The position numbers were made by a program, and so were the translations under genes. Below are positions 19,057 through 28,497 of a DNA stretch of 64,000 nt, one piece after another. The stretch lies in NCBI GenBank assembly GCA_963765205.1, contig CAVXVB010000005.1, forward strand, positions 512,001 to 576,000. The letters are read 5' to 3'. Positions within the stretch are counted from its first letter, which is position 1; each line of letters opens with the position of its first letter. Below the pieces are notes generated by a model. It had not been told where the DNA came from. It saw only the letters and a program-made list of their open reading frames with translations, and ran no database searches. The stretch comes from an uncultured Verrucomicrobiae bacterium. GTDB lineage: Bacteria; Verrucomicrobiota; Verrucomicrobiia; Opitutales; JABDGR01.

Positions 19057-19941
19057 AAATGACGGAAACTTGCTTTTTGGAGTTCGGCGGCGGCCAGATG
19101 CGGCTCCCGCCGCTTGGCCGGGGCCGGGAGGTGGGGGGGGGCCCCCCATCTATTATTTCACTGCCTCCGGCGCCGCCGGCACCCACGCCACCGGCCGCTC
19201 ATTCCCCGGGAAATCCACCCACGTCTTCGTCGCCAGACTGTAAACACTCAAATACATTTTCTGCATCTGATCGTTATTCTGGAGTTTGTTGGCGTCATAC
19301 ATGGCGATGATTTATGCGTCTTCTGCGTTTTTTGCGGTAAAAAACGCCCCAGCCCTCCCAACCTATCCAACCCATCCCACGCATCAAACGCAGCCAACGG
19401 AGTCCTTCCCATTTTTTGGTTTCGTGCTAAACTGCGGGGACAAGCGGGGAGCCGGGAGCACGGAGCCAGCCCTCTCTCAGTTCCTTTGTTCCCCCGTTCC
19501 ACGATGCCTCAGTGCCCATGCCGTCTAATCCCCACACCCCGCCTCTCGAAACCTTGGTGCAGTGGGGCCCTGCCCCTCGAAGCCTCGGCGAAGTGGGGCC
19601 TCAGTGCCTCAGCCCCTCTGTGCCCATGTTCTTTCGTCCCTCCGTCCCTTTGTCCCTAAACTCGTCAACCTCCCGTCCAAAGATGTCCAACCCAGTCCAA
19701 GTAAATCCAACCAAATCCAACCAAATCCAACCAGTAATTACAGGGGGGCCTCCCCATTACCGAGTGAAACGCCATGCAGACCGCAAACTCCAATCTGCCA
19801 CCATTCTCCGAACTCCACACTTCACATTGCACACTTCACCCCCCCCACACACACCGCCAAATTAAACCCCGGGCAAAACATGAACTTTACTTTCCTGGCT
19901 TCACCCCTCCTTTGCGCCCTTCGCGCCTTTGCGGTGAATGC

Positions 19942-21393
19942 TCACTCCGCCCGCGCCACCACCAGCCCGCCGGTTTCCCAACCGCCGCCCAGCGCCTTGT
20001 AAAGCGCGATCAAATTCTGCGTCACTGCCTGGTCGCTTTGCACCAAATCATCCTGGCTCTGATACAACGAGCGTTCCGCATCGAGCACGTTGATAAAATT
20101 CGTCAACCCATTTGCATAAAGTTGATTCGACAAATTCAGCGCGTCCTGGCTGGTGCTGACGGCCTGAGCGAGCGAACGATGCCGCACTTGTTCCTTGGCA
20201 TAGGCCACCAGCGCGTTCTCCACGTCCTCGAATGATGTGAGTACCGTCTGCTCGTAAGCCGCCAGCGCCTGCTCCTGCCGCGCGTTTTGCACCTGGATGT
20301 TCGCGCGGATGCGCCCCGCGTCAAAAATCCGCCACTGCACCGTCGGCCCCAGCGACCAGAACTTGCTGCCCGGCGTAAACCAGTCGCCCGTGCCGACGCT
20401 CTCGAAGCCCGCGTCGCCCGTCAGCGAAAACTTCGGGAACAAATCCGCCGTCGCCACGCCGATGCGCGCGGTCGCCGCGACGAGATTCACCTCGGCTTGG
20501 CGCACATCCGGGCGGCGCAGCAACAATTCCGATGGCAAGCCCACTGGCACTTCCGGCGGTGTGGTGGGGATGGGAGCAGTCGCGCTCAATTCGTTCAACA
20601 GCGCGCCCGGTTGCTGGCCCAACAACACGCCCAGCCGGTGAATCGCGGTCTCAATCCCCGTTTCCAAAGTTGGCACCTGGGCCTGCGTCTGCGCGAGCAC
20701 CGTCGCGGCCTGCTGCGTGTCGAGGTCGTTGCCCAAGCCTTGCTTGAAACGGTCTTGCGTGAGCGCCAGCGCGTCCTGCTGCGCTTTGATGTTCTGTTGC
20801 GCAATCGCCAGCCGTTGTTGGAAGCCCCGCACCTCGACATAATTGCGCGCCACTTCCGCCACCAGCGTCACCTGCACGTCTTGCCGGCTATACTCGGCGG
20901 CGGTGACTTCCGCATTCGCCGCCTCGACCGCGCGCCGCGTGCCACCGAACACATCAATCTCCCACGACGCATCGAACCCCGCCTGGTAAACATTGTTCAC
21001 AAACGGAACACTCGCCGGCAATTGCAGCGCGCCGAGCACCGGCTGGTTCCGGCTTTGCGCCTGCCTCACTGCGGAACCGGTGGCATCCACGGTCGGCCCC
21101 AAATCCGCCGCGGTGATTCCCGCCTGCGCTCGCGCCTCGCGCACGCGCGCCTCGGCGATTTTCAAGTCAAGGTTCGCCGCGACGGCCCGGCTCACCAGCG
21201 CGTCGAGTTCGGGATCGTGGAAATTATTCCACCAAGTGGCGAGGGCGACTCCGTTATTCGACTCGCCGCCCGCCAGCGCCTCGCCCCATTGCGCGGGCGC
21301 GGTGCTCGCGGGCGTGTGGTAATCAGGGCCGACAGTGCAGCCGGTGAGCAGAATGGCCAGGATGGCTGGCGCGAGAATGATGGGTGTTTTCAT
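19942..21393 (-). CDS. Efflux outer-membrane factor lipoprotein (NodT/OprM family)
   Basis: Lipobox LTGC, WEIDVFG, LLRRPDV, LYKALGGGW. Confidence 0.95.
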   Translation of the reverse strand: MKTPIILAPAILAILLTGCTVGPDYHTPASTAPAQWGEALAGGESNNGVALATWWNNFHDPELDALVSRAVAANLDLKIAEARVREARAQAGITAADLGPTVDATGSAVRQAQSRNQPVLGALQLPASVPFVNNVYQAGFDASWEIDVFGGTRRAVEAANAEVTAAEYSRQDVQVTLVAEVARNYVEVRGFQQRLAIAQQNIKAQQDALALTQDRFKQGLGNDLDTQQAATVLAQTQAQVPTLETGIETAIHRLGVLLGQQPGALLNELSATAPIPTTPPEVPVGLPSELLLRRPDVRQAEVNLVAATARIGVATADLFPKFSLTGDAGFESVGTGDWFTPGSKFWSLGPTVQWRIFDAGRIRANIQVQNARQEQALAAYEQTVLTSFEDVENALVAYAKEQVRHRSLAQAVSTSQDALNLSNQLYANGLTNFINVLDAERSLYQSQDDLVQSDQAVTQNLIALYKALGGGWETGGLVVARAE

Positions 21394-21417
21394 GGATGTT
21401 CCTCCGGTAAAAAGTTT

Positions 21418-22977
21418 TTAGTGGGCGGCGACGGGGCCTTTGGCCCGCACGCGCTGGAACAAAATGACGGCGGGCACGCTCACCAGGCACAGCAACGCGA
21501 GCCAGCGGAAGGCGTCCACGTAGGCCATCGTGGTCGCCTGCCGGACGATGTCCTGATAAATCAGGCCGAGGGCGGCGGACGGCCCCTGGCCCCAGCCGGC
21601 ATTCGGCTGCGCCAGCGCGGAATTGATTTGCTGCAACTTCGCTTGCAAGGCCGGGTCGTAGGGCGTCGCGTGCGCCACGAGCATGACTTGGTGAAACTGG
21701 GCCTGGCGGGTGACCAACGTGGTCGCGATCGAAATGCCCACGCTCGCGCCGATGTTGCGCATTAAGTTGTAGATCCCCGCCGCGTTGCCGATTTGCGCGT
21801 CGCGCAACATGCCCATCGCCGTGGTGGTCAGCGGGACGAACACCAGCGCCATGCCCACGCCCTGCAGGAAATTGGGCCAGATGATGTTGGCGGTGGCCAG
21901 GTCGAGGCTGAGGTGGCTGAGCCAGAAAATGGCCGCAGCGTTGATGATAAAGCCCGTGCCGATCAGCTTCCGGCTGTCCACACGGCTGGTGAGGTAGCCG
22001 GCGACAAAGGTCAGCAGCAGCACGCCCAGGCCGCGCGAACTTTGGGCGAGGCCGCTTTCCTGGGCTGTGTAGCCCATGAGGTTCTGCAAAAATTCCGGCT
22101 GCAGGGTGAGCGGCACGTAAACCACCATGCCGACCATCGTGATGAGCAGCGTGCCCACGGCGAAATTGCGGTTCTTGAACACGCGCAGGTCCACAATCGG
22201 CTGCTTTTCGCGCAGCTCCCACACCACGAACACCGCCAGCGAGACGGCGGCGATGAGCGCAAACCAGCGGATCCACGGCGTGCCGAACCAGTCGTCCTCC
22301 TGGCCTTTGTCCAAAATGAGTTGCAGCGCGGCCAGCCCGATGGCCATCAAGCCGAAGCCGATGGCGTCAATGCGGCCTGGCTTGGAATCGCGGATATGGG
22401 CCGGGTCGTGGATGAAGCGCTTCATCATCAGGACGGCGAAGACGCCGACGGGAATGTTGATGTAGAAAATCCAGCGCCAGGAGTAATTGTCGGTGATCCA
22501 GCCGCCGAGGATCGGGCCGACGATGGGCGCGACAATCACGCCCACCGTGTAGGCGGCCATCGCCATGCCGCGTTTGGCCGGGGGAAAACTCTCCAGCATG
22601 ATGGACTGCGCCAGCGGTTGCAGCGCCCCGCCGCCGGCCCCTTGCAACACGCGTGCGGTAATCAGCAGCCCCAGCGTCGGCGCGATGCCGCACAGGAACG
22701 ACGCGCTGGTGAAGATGATGACACAGGTGATCAAGAACCGCTTGCGGCCAAAATACCGCGAAAACCAGCCGCTGGCCGGCAGCACGATGGCGTTCGAGAC
22801 CAGGTAACTCGTCACCACCCACGTCGCCTCGTCCACGCTGGCGGACAGGTTGCCCGCGATGTGCGGCAGCGCAACATTCGCAATCGCGGTGTCGAGCACC
22901 TCCATGAACGTCGCCAGCATCACCGAAATAACGATGAGCCAGGGGTTCACGAGCGGCGTGGTTTTCTCGGCGTTCAT
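21418..22977 (-). CDS. DHA2-family MFS efflux permease (EmrB-like)
   Basis: ATFMEVLDTAIANVALPHI, WVVTSYL, GPILGGWITDNYSWRWIFYINIP. Confidence 0.95.
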   Translation of the reverse strand: MNAEKTTPLVNPWLIVISVMLATFMEVLDTAIANVALPHIAGNLSASVDEATWVVTSYLVSNAIVLPASGWFSRYFGRKRFLITCVIIFTSASFLCGIAPTLGLLITARVLQGAGGGALQPLAQSIMLESFPPAKRGMAMAAYTVGVIVAPIVGPILGGWITDNYSWRWIFYINIPVGVFAVLMMKRFIHDPAHIRDSKPGRIDAIGFGLMAIGLAALQLILDKGQEDDWFGTPWIRWFALIAAVSLAVFVVWELREKQPIVDLRVFKNRNFAVGTLLITMVGMVVYVPLTLQPEFLQNLMGYTAQESGLAQSSRGLGVLLLTFVAGYLTSRVDSRKLIGTGFIINAAAIFWLSHLSLDLATANIIWPNFLQGVGMALVFVPLTTTAMGMLRDAQIGNAAGIYNLMRNIGASVGISIATTLVTRQAQFHQVMLVAHATPYDPALQAKLQQINSALAQPNAGWGQGPSAALGLIYQDIVRQATTMAYVDAFRWLALLCLVSVPAVILFQRVRAKGPVAAH

Positions 22978-23010
22978 GGCCCAAGAAGTTTCGATGGTTG
23001 GCGGAACTGT

Positions 23011-24165
23011 TTAACGAACGGTGACGGAGGGCGTGACGGACATGCCCGGGCCGAGTAGGTGCGCGGGATCCAGCGGGTCATCAAACACGATCTTCACCGG
23101 CACGCGCTGGACAACCTTGACGTAGTTGCCCGTCGCGTTTTCCGGCGGCAACAGGCTGAAGTGCGCGCCCGAACCGGCTTGAATGCTATCCACATGACCA
23201 TGGAATTTGTGGTCCGGGTAGGCGTCCACCGAGATTTCCACCGGCTCGCCCGGACGCATGTTGGCCAACTGGGTTTCCTTGAAATTGGCTACCACCCAAA
23301 TTTGTTGCGGCACCAGAGCGAGCAACGGCTGGCCCGGTTGCACGTAGTTGCCCATCTCCACCGAACGATGCGTCACAATGCCATCCTGCGGCGCGGTCAC
23401 CTTGGTGTAGGACAAATCCAGCGCCGCCTGGTTGACCGTGGCTTCGGCGAGTTGCACATTGGCCTCGGCGGTTTTGATGTCTGTCTGGCTCAGGCTCACT
23501 TGGGCGGTGGCGGCGAGGGCGCGGTTCTTGGCGACGGCCACCTGGGCGGCGGTCGCGCTGGCCTGGTCTTGCGCCAAATCAATCTGGCTGCGGGCCACCG
23601 CGCGGCTTTCCACCGCTTGGTAGCGTTGCAAGTCGGCCTGCGCGCGGGTCGCATCGGCGGCGGCGGCGGTCACCCCGGCCTGTTCCTGTTCCGCCTTGGC
23701 CTGGTCCACGGCAAACTGGGCCTTCGCCTGGTCGAGCCGACTTTGCGCGGCGGCCAGTTCGGCTTGCGCTTGCGCCAGCTTCACTTCGTAGCTGCGCGGA
23801 TCAATTTCCAGCAAAACGTCGCCTTGTTTGACGGCTTGGTTGTCGTGGAGGGACAGACTCACGACCTGTCCCGCGACCTGCGGGGCCATCGAGATCACAT
23901 CCCCGTCAATGAAGGCGTCGTCCGTGGATTCATAGGGGGCGATCTCGGCGACATAGTAAACGCTGGCCGCGACGCCGGCCAGGAGCACGCCGCTCGCCAG
24001 CAATACGCGCCGGAGCCATTTGCGCGGGGTCTGCGGGGTCGGCGCGGGCGTCGCCACGGCGACGCGGGGCAGGCGGTCGGCCACAGTCGGCCCTCCGTTG
24101 AGCAAAGCGGTCAGGTCGGAGCGCCCGTTATTCGAGGCAAGGGGACTGGTTTCGGTGGTGGTCAT
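23011..24165 (-). CDS. HlyD/EmrA-family membrane fusion protein
   Basis: ESTDDAFI, ANFKETQL, FSLLPPENATGNYVKVVQRVPVKI; start MTTTETS at 24165. Confidence 0.94.
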   Translation of the reverse strand: MTTTETSPLASNNGRSDLTALLNGGPTVADRLPRVAVATPAPTPQTPRKWLRRVLLASGVLLAGVAASVYYVAEIAPYESTDDAFIDGDVISMAPQVAGQVVSLSLHDNQAVKQGDVLLEIDPRSYEVKLAQAQAELAAAQSRLDQAKAQFAVDQAKAEQEQAGVTAAAADATRAQADLQRYQAVESRAVARSQIDLAQDQASATAAQVAVAKNRALAATAQVSLSQTDIKTAEANVQLAEATVNQAALDLSYTKVTAPQDGIVTHRSVEMGNYVQPGQPLLALVPQQIWVVANFKETQLANMRPGEPVEISVDAYPDHKFHGHVDSIQAGSGAHFSLLPPENATGNYVKVVQRVPVKIVFDDPLDPAHLLGPGMSVTPSVTVR

Positions 24166-24288
24166 GGCGGTGGGAGGGAAGAGGGTGATGGTGGTGTGGG
24201 AACTTTTGTTGAGGCCAGTATACTCCGAAAAAGAAGGGCTGGATAATATCATGTTGGTTGTGCTACGATGCCCGAAAGGTATCACCCC

Positions 24289-25194
24289 ATGGAACTGCGC
24301 CACCTGCGTTATTTCGTCGCTGTCGCGGAGGAACTGAACGTCCGCCGCGCGGCGGAGCGCCTGCACGTTTCGCAGCCGCCCCTCAGCCGCCAGATTCACG
24401 ACCTCGAGGACGAGATCGGCGCCAAGCTGTTCCTGCGCGGCAAACGCGGCATGCAACTGACCGAGGCGGGAAAATTCCTATTGGAGGAAGCCCGGCAAAT
24501 CCTCGGCCAGAGCGAGCGGGCCATCCGCCTCACCAACGCCGCTAGCCGGGGCGAGGCCGGCCGCCTGTCCCTGGCCTATTCGGCGGCCATCTTCGACCCG
24601 GCCTTCTCCCGCGCGGTCCGCCTGTTCCGCCAGCGGTTTCCCCTCGTGGAGGTGGCAATGCGGGAACTTTCCTTCTCCTTGCAATTGCAGGCGTTGCTGG
24701 ACCGGCAAATTGACATTGGCTACGTCGTATTTGGCGCCATGCAAACGGAAACGGATCTCGCGTTCGAGTGCATTCGCCAGGTCGCCACCTGCATCGCGTT
24801 GCCGCGCGACCACCCGCTGGCGAAGCGCAAGCAGCTCAAGCTCCAGGACTTGGCCAGGGAGCCGTTTATTTTTCCGCGCCAAAGCATGTCCACCTTTCGC
24901 GCGTGGCTCCTTGAACTCTGCCGCGCCGCCGGTTTTACCCCCCAAATCGTCCAGGAAGGGGACAACGCCATGGGCATCCTCGGGCTGGTCGCCTCCGGGG
25001 GCGGGGTGGCCTTTGCCCCGGACACGGGCCGGATCTTTCAGGCCATGGGCGTCGAGTTTCGCGCCTTGCCGCCCGCCACGCCGAAGTTTGACCTGCACTG
25101 CGTCTGGCGGCGGGACAATACTTCGCCCTTGGTGCCGGCCTTCCTGAACATTCTGCGTGAGTGCGCCCGCCCCGACGACAAACGCTCTCGCTAA
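24289..25194 (+). CDS. LysR-family transcriptional regulator, divergent from efflux operon
   Basis: MELRHLRYFVAVAEE...AAERLHVSQPPLSRQI...LTEAG. Confidence 0.96.
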   Translation: MELRHLRYFVAVAEELNVRRAAERLHVSQPPLSRQIHDLEDEIGAKLFLRGKRGMQLTEAGKFLLEEARQILGQSERAIRLTNAASRGEAGRLSLAYSAAIFDPAFSRAVRLFRQRFPLVEVAMRELSFSLQLQALLDRQIDIGYVVFGAMQTETDLAFECIRQVATCIALPRDHPLAKRKQLKLQDLAREPFIFPRQSMSTFRAWLLELCRAAGFTPQIVQEGDNAMGILGLVASGGGVAFAPDTGRIFQAMGVEFRALPPATPKFDLHCVWRRDNTSPLVPAFLNILRECARPDDKRSR

Positions 25195-25212
25195 ATCCCG
25201 TGTAATCCGTAG

Positions 25213-26130
25213 TCAAATTGGACCGCCGCCATCCGGTAAATTCGCGTCCTTGTTCCCGCTGAACTTTTCCGAAACCCAATCCGCGACGCGGTTCAGCCGC
25301 AGCGCAAAAATGGCATAGACGAACGCCAGCCCGGCCCAGCAACCGTAGCCGAGATATTGGTAATTGCGCCGGATGTCGGCCCCGGTCCAGCCGAAATTGT
25401 CCATGAGCTGGTCCATGTCGCCGTTCGCGTCGTCCTCGCCGTTGATCATCGAGCCAAAGGGAATGTCATCCGTGCCGTGGTAAACCTTGTTCCAATAAAG
25501 GACAATGTGCAGGAAGGCGCTCGCCGCGATCAGGAAGAAAACGTAGCGGCAGAAACCCCATTTGAATTTCTCCGGCAACTGCACGTAGAACGAGGCCATA
25601 AGCAGCGCGCTCAGGTAGAACTCGCCGCCGACGCCGCCAAACGCGCTCCACCAAAACTCCTGCTCGTGCTCCGGCATCCGCCAGGTCATGTAGTATTGCA
25701 GGCTGGCCAATGCGACCGCCGCGACCATCGGCCAGGGTTTGCGCTCCTGCCAGCCCGCCACGAAGAGAATCCCAAACAATAGCAACACGCCGAAATAGAC
25801 GAAGGGCGAATAATCCGGCTCAACGGGCGTCCAGCCAAACGGCAGCGGCGTCGCGCGCCGGCCGGTCAGCCACGCCGCCGTCGCGTGCCCGAATTCGTGC
25901 ATCCACACGTGGAAGCCCTGCGCAAAGAACACCAGCGGACTTTCGTTGATGACCCACGCCAACCCCAGCAGCAGCGGCGGCACGAAGGTGTTGACGCGCC
26001 AGTCGCCAAACGCCAGCAGCGGATGCGTCTGCGTGTCCGCCTTGTCCAATTCCGCCAGCAGGATGGAATATTTGTCTTTCAAATGGAAAGGGCCAAATTG
26101 TGGACAGGGCACGCCGGTTGGCCAACCCAA
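25213..26130 (-). CDS. Polytopic membrane protein with HExxH motif (M50-like metallopeptidase candidate)
   Basis: Several hydrophobic segments, WMHEFGHA, distal NGDM; start uncertain. Confidence 0.6.
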   Translation of the reverse strand: MGWPTGVPCPQFGPFHLKDKYSILLAELDKADTQTHPLLAFGDWRVNTFVPPLLLGLAWVINESPLVFFAQGFHVWMHEFGHATAAWLTGRRATPLPFGWTPVEPDYSPFVYFGVLLLFGILFVAGWQERKPWPMVAAVALASLQYYMTWRMPEHEQEFWWSAFGGVGGEFYLSALLMASFYVQLPEKFKWGFCRYVFFLIAASAFLHIVLYWNKVYHGTDDIPFGSMINGEDDANGDMDQLMDNFGWTGADIRRNYQYLGYGCWAGLAFVYAIFALRLNRVADWVSEKFSGNKDANLPDGGGPI

Positions 26131-26145
26131 AAAACAAAACTTCCC

Positions 26146-26535
26146 TCACCCGCCGGCGAACACCGGGCGAAAACCCGCTTCCGTCAAAATGCGCGCGACC
26201 TCCGTTCGTTTGTCGCCTTGAATCTCGATGCGCCCCTCCTTCACCGTTCCGCCCGTTCCGCAGGCCCGCTGCATCGCCTTCGCGAGTTGTTCCTTTTCCG
26301 GCTGTCCGATGCCGACCCAGCCCGTCACCACCGTCACTGTTTTGCCGCCGCGTCCCGCCTTCTCCCGGATGATGTCCACCCGCCCGCGGCTCTTCCGGGC
26401 CGGTTTTGCCTCCGGTGCTCGTGGTGTTGGCGAATTAACGCGGGCAGTCGCCAGCTCTTCGCCCGACAGTCCGGCAAACGGATTTTGCCCAATGCTCTCT
26501 CCTCCATCGGTGCGAATGCGGCCACGTTCGTTCAT
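26146..26535 (-). CDS. yciH: SUI1/YciH translation-initiation-factor family protein
   Basis: GRGGKTVTVV, ACGTGGTVKEGRIEIQGDKR. Confidence 0.88.
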   Translation of the reverse strand: MNERGRIRTDGGESIGQNPFAGLSGEELATARVNSPTPRAPEAKPARKSRGRVDIIREKAGRGGKTVTVVTGWVGIGQPEKEQLAKAMQRACGTGGTVKEGRIEIQGDKRTEVARILTEAGFRPVFAGG

Positions 26536-26564
26536 CGGTAATCAAAAATCGGCGCTGTTTTATG

Positions 26565-28013
26565 CTACACCTTGTCCGGCACGACGAAGGGTTTGCGGTA
26601 TTCAGTGGTAAGGAGAGCGTTCGCGTCGTCGCTGTTCGTGAATTTTTCCGTCTTCGGGTCGAATTCCAGCGCCGCACCGAGGGTCGCGGACGTTTTGTCC
26701 AAATCCACGCCATTCAAGCTGAGGTGCGCCGCCATCCGCTCGAAGGCCTCGCTCATCGTCGCATTGCCCTTGATTTGCTCGCGGATGACGCCGCCCGGCT
26801 GGGCCTTGCCGACGCGATAGGAAATGTTGGCCAAATGGCAGAGCGAACTGGAAAGGAACCCCTCCGTGATGGGCGCGTGCAGGTCGCTCACTTTGCGGCT
26901 GCGCACGGCGGCGATGAAGTTTGCCTCATGGTTCGACCCCCCGGAAAAATCCTTCAGCACCTTGCCGTCTTTGTCGGTGGCCTGCGCGCTGGTGTAAGTC
27001 GCCGGCACGATGACCCGCCCGCCTTCACATTCCACAATCACCCCGACGCTCTGGTTGTAAACTTTGTCCATCAGGGTGCTGCCCAGCCGCACCGGCAGCC
27101 CATGCACTTCAAAAATGAGCGGCGCGTTTTTATAGTCATGGACGACGGCCAGCGTATTTGGCGTTTCCCCGTCGTCCACATAACTCAGCCGCCCGCCGAT
27201 GCTGAGCACGCGCGGCGAGAGCGCCAGCTCGCCGAGGAACCAGCGCGCGATGTCCATCTGATGCACGCCCTGGTTGCCGATGTCGCCGTTGCCGTAGGGC
27301 CATTGCCAGTGCCAGTCGTAATGCAGCTTCGTGCGGCGCAGCGGCGCCTGCGGCGCGGGGCCGAGCCACAAATCGTAGTTCACCGTTGGCGGCACCGGCT
27401 GCGGCCCGGTCGTCAGGCCGATGCTGGCGCGCCGCTTGTAGCACAGGCCGCGCGCGGAAAGGATTTTTCCAATATTGCCCGCGCGCACCCACGCCACCGC
27501 CTCGATGATGCTGTCACTCGAGCGGGCTTGCGAGCCGACCTGGATGATGCGCTGGTATTTGTCGGCGGCCTCGATGATTTTGCGCCCCTCCCAAATGTTG
27601 TGGCACACGGGCTTTTCCAGATACACGTCCTTGCCCGCCTGGCACGCCCAAATCGCCTGGAGCGCGTGCTGGTGGTTCGGCGTGACGATGAAGACGGCGT
27701 CAATGTTGCCCTTGGCCAGCATATCCCGGTAATCGGCGTAGGTGTTGATCGTGAGGCCCTGCGCGCGCAGCGTTTTCGCCATGCCGTCGAGCACCGCCGA
27801 ATCCACGTCGCACAGCGCCGTAATGCGCGCGCCGGCCACGCTGGCCAGCTCCTTGGTGATGATGTCCTTGCCGCGGTTGTTAAAGCCGACGATGCCCAGG
27901 CGCACGTCGCTGTTCGCGCCTGCCACCTGCGCCCACGAGCGCGGCCGCAGGGTCGCGGCGGCCGTCGCGACGCCGGTGGTCTTCAAAAATGCTCGCCTGG
28001 AAATCCGGGGCAT
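26565..28013 (-). CDS. Tat-exported Gfo/Idh/MocA oxidoreductase
   Basis: Tat signal SRRAFLK, TPNHQH, GKDVYLEKP, YDLWLGPAP, NQGVHQMD. Confidence 0.93.
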   Translation of the reverse strand: MPRISRRAFLKTTGVATAAATLRPRSWAQVAGANSDVRLGIVGFNNRGKDIITKELASVAGARITALCDVDSAVLDGMAKTLRAQGLTINTYADYRDMLAKGNIDAVFIVTPNHQHALQAIWACQAGKDVYLEKPVCHNIWEGRKIIEAADKYQRIIQVGSQARSSDSIIEAVAWVRAGNIGKILSARGLCYKRRASIGLTTGPQPVPPTVNYDLWLGPAPQAPLRRTKLHYDWHWQWPYGNGDIGNQGVHQMDIARWFLGELALSPRVLSIGGRLSYVDDGETPNTLAVVHDYKNAPLIFEVHGLPVRLGSTLMDKVYNQSVGVIVECEGGRVIVPATYTSAQATDKDGKVLKDFSGGSNHEANFIAAVRSRKVSDLHAPITEGFLSSSLCHLANISYRVGKAQPGGVIREQIKGNATMSEAFERMAAHLSLNGVDLDKTSATLGAALEFDPKTEKFTNSDDANALLTTEYRKPFVVPDKV

Positions 28014-28274
28014 GGGGTGGGGGGCGGAAAGAGATGGAGTGGAGGCACGCCATCCTAGCCCCGGCCGCCGTATGGCAAGCCGACAGTCAGCGAAGAAAAC
28101 CTACCCCCCGGAAACCATGGATGGCCTGGATAACACGGAACCACGAAATCAAATAATAATATCAACTAAAAATTTTTATCAAATCTCTGGCCGCCTCCCA
28201 TTCATCCCATCCCTCCCATTTGTCCCATCCGTGGTAAAAAATTTCCCGAAAAAACACCAAAATTTCGCAAAAAG

Positions 28275-28427
28275 TTTTTCACAAGTTATTCACCGCGGGG
28301 TTATTCGCAGCCGTGAATAAGTGGTTCATTGGTTTATTCACTTATTTTCATGCACTAAGCCCCTGTTGGCGGCGAACTTGCGAAGTTGTTCACATGGGTG
28401 AAATTTTTATTACGCCAATGCTTCACA
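28275..28427. promoter_or_regulatory. Cluster of DnaA-box-like 9-mers (candidate oriC or DnaA-binding locus)
   Basis: TTTTTCACA 28275, TTATTCACC 28286, TTATTCGCA 28301, reverse TTATTCACG 28312-28320, TTATTCACT 28334, TTGTTCACA 28386, TGCTTCACA 28419; AT-rich tract at ~28145-28185. Confidence 0.6.
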
Positions 28428-28463
28428 AGTTACTGGATGGGGAAGTTTTTTTGCGCCAACCCC

Positions 28464-28492
28464 TTGCGAAAATTTGCCCCCTATGCGATAGT
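28464..28492 (+). promoter_or_regulatory. Putative sigma70 promoter of the large ncRNA
   Basis: TTGCGA (28464-69), 17-bp spacer, extended -10 TGnGATAGT (28484-92). Confidence 0.55.
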
Positions 28493-28497
28493 GCGCA

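Noticed and set aside
16233..19940. Prophage around the denV-like gene
   Set aside because: No integrase, structural, packaging or replication genes nearby.
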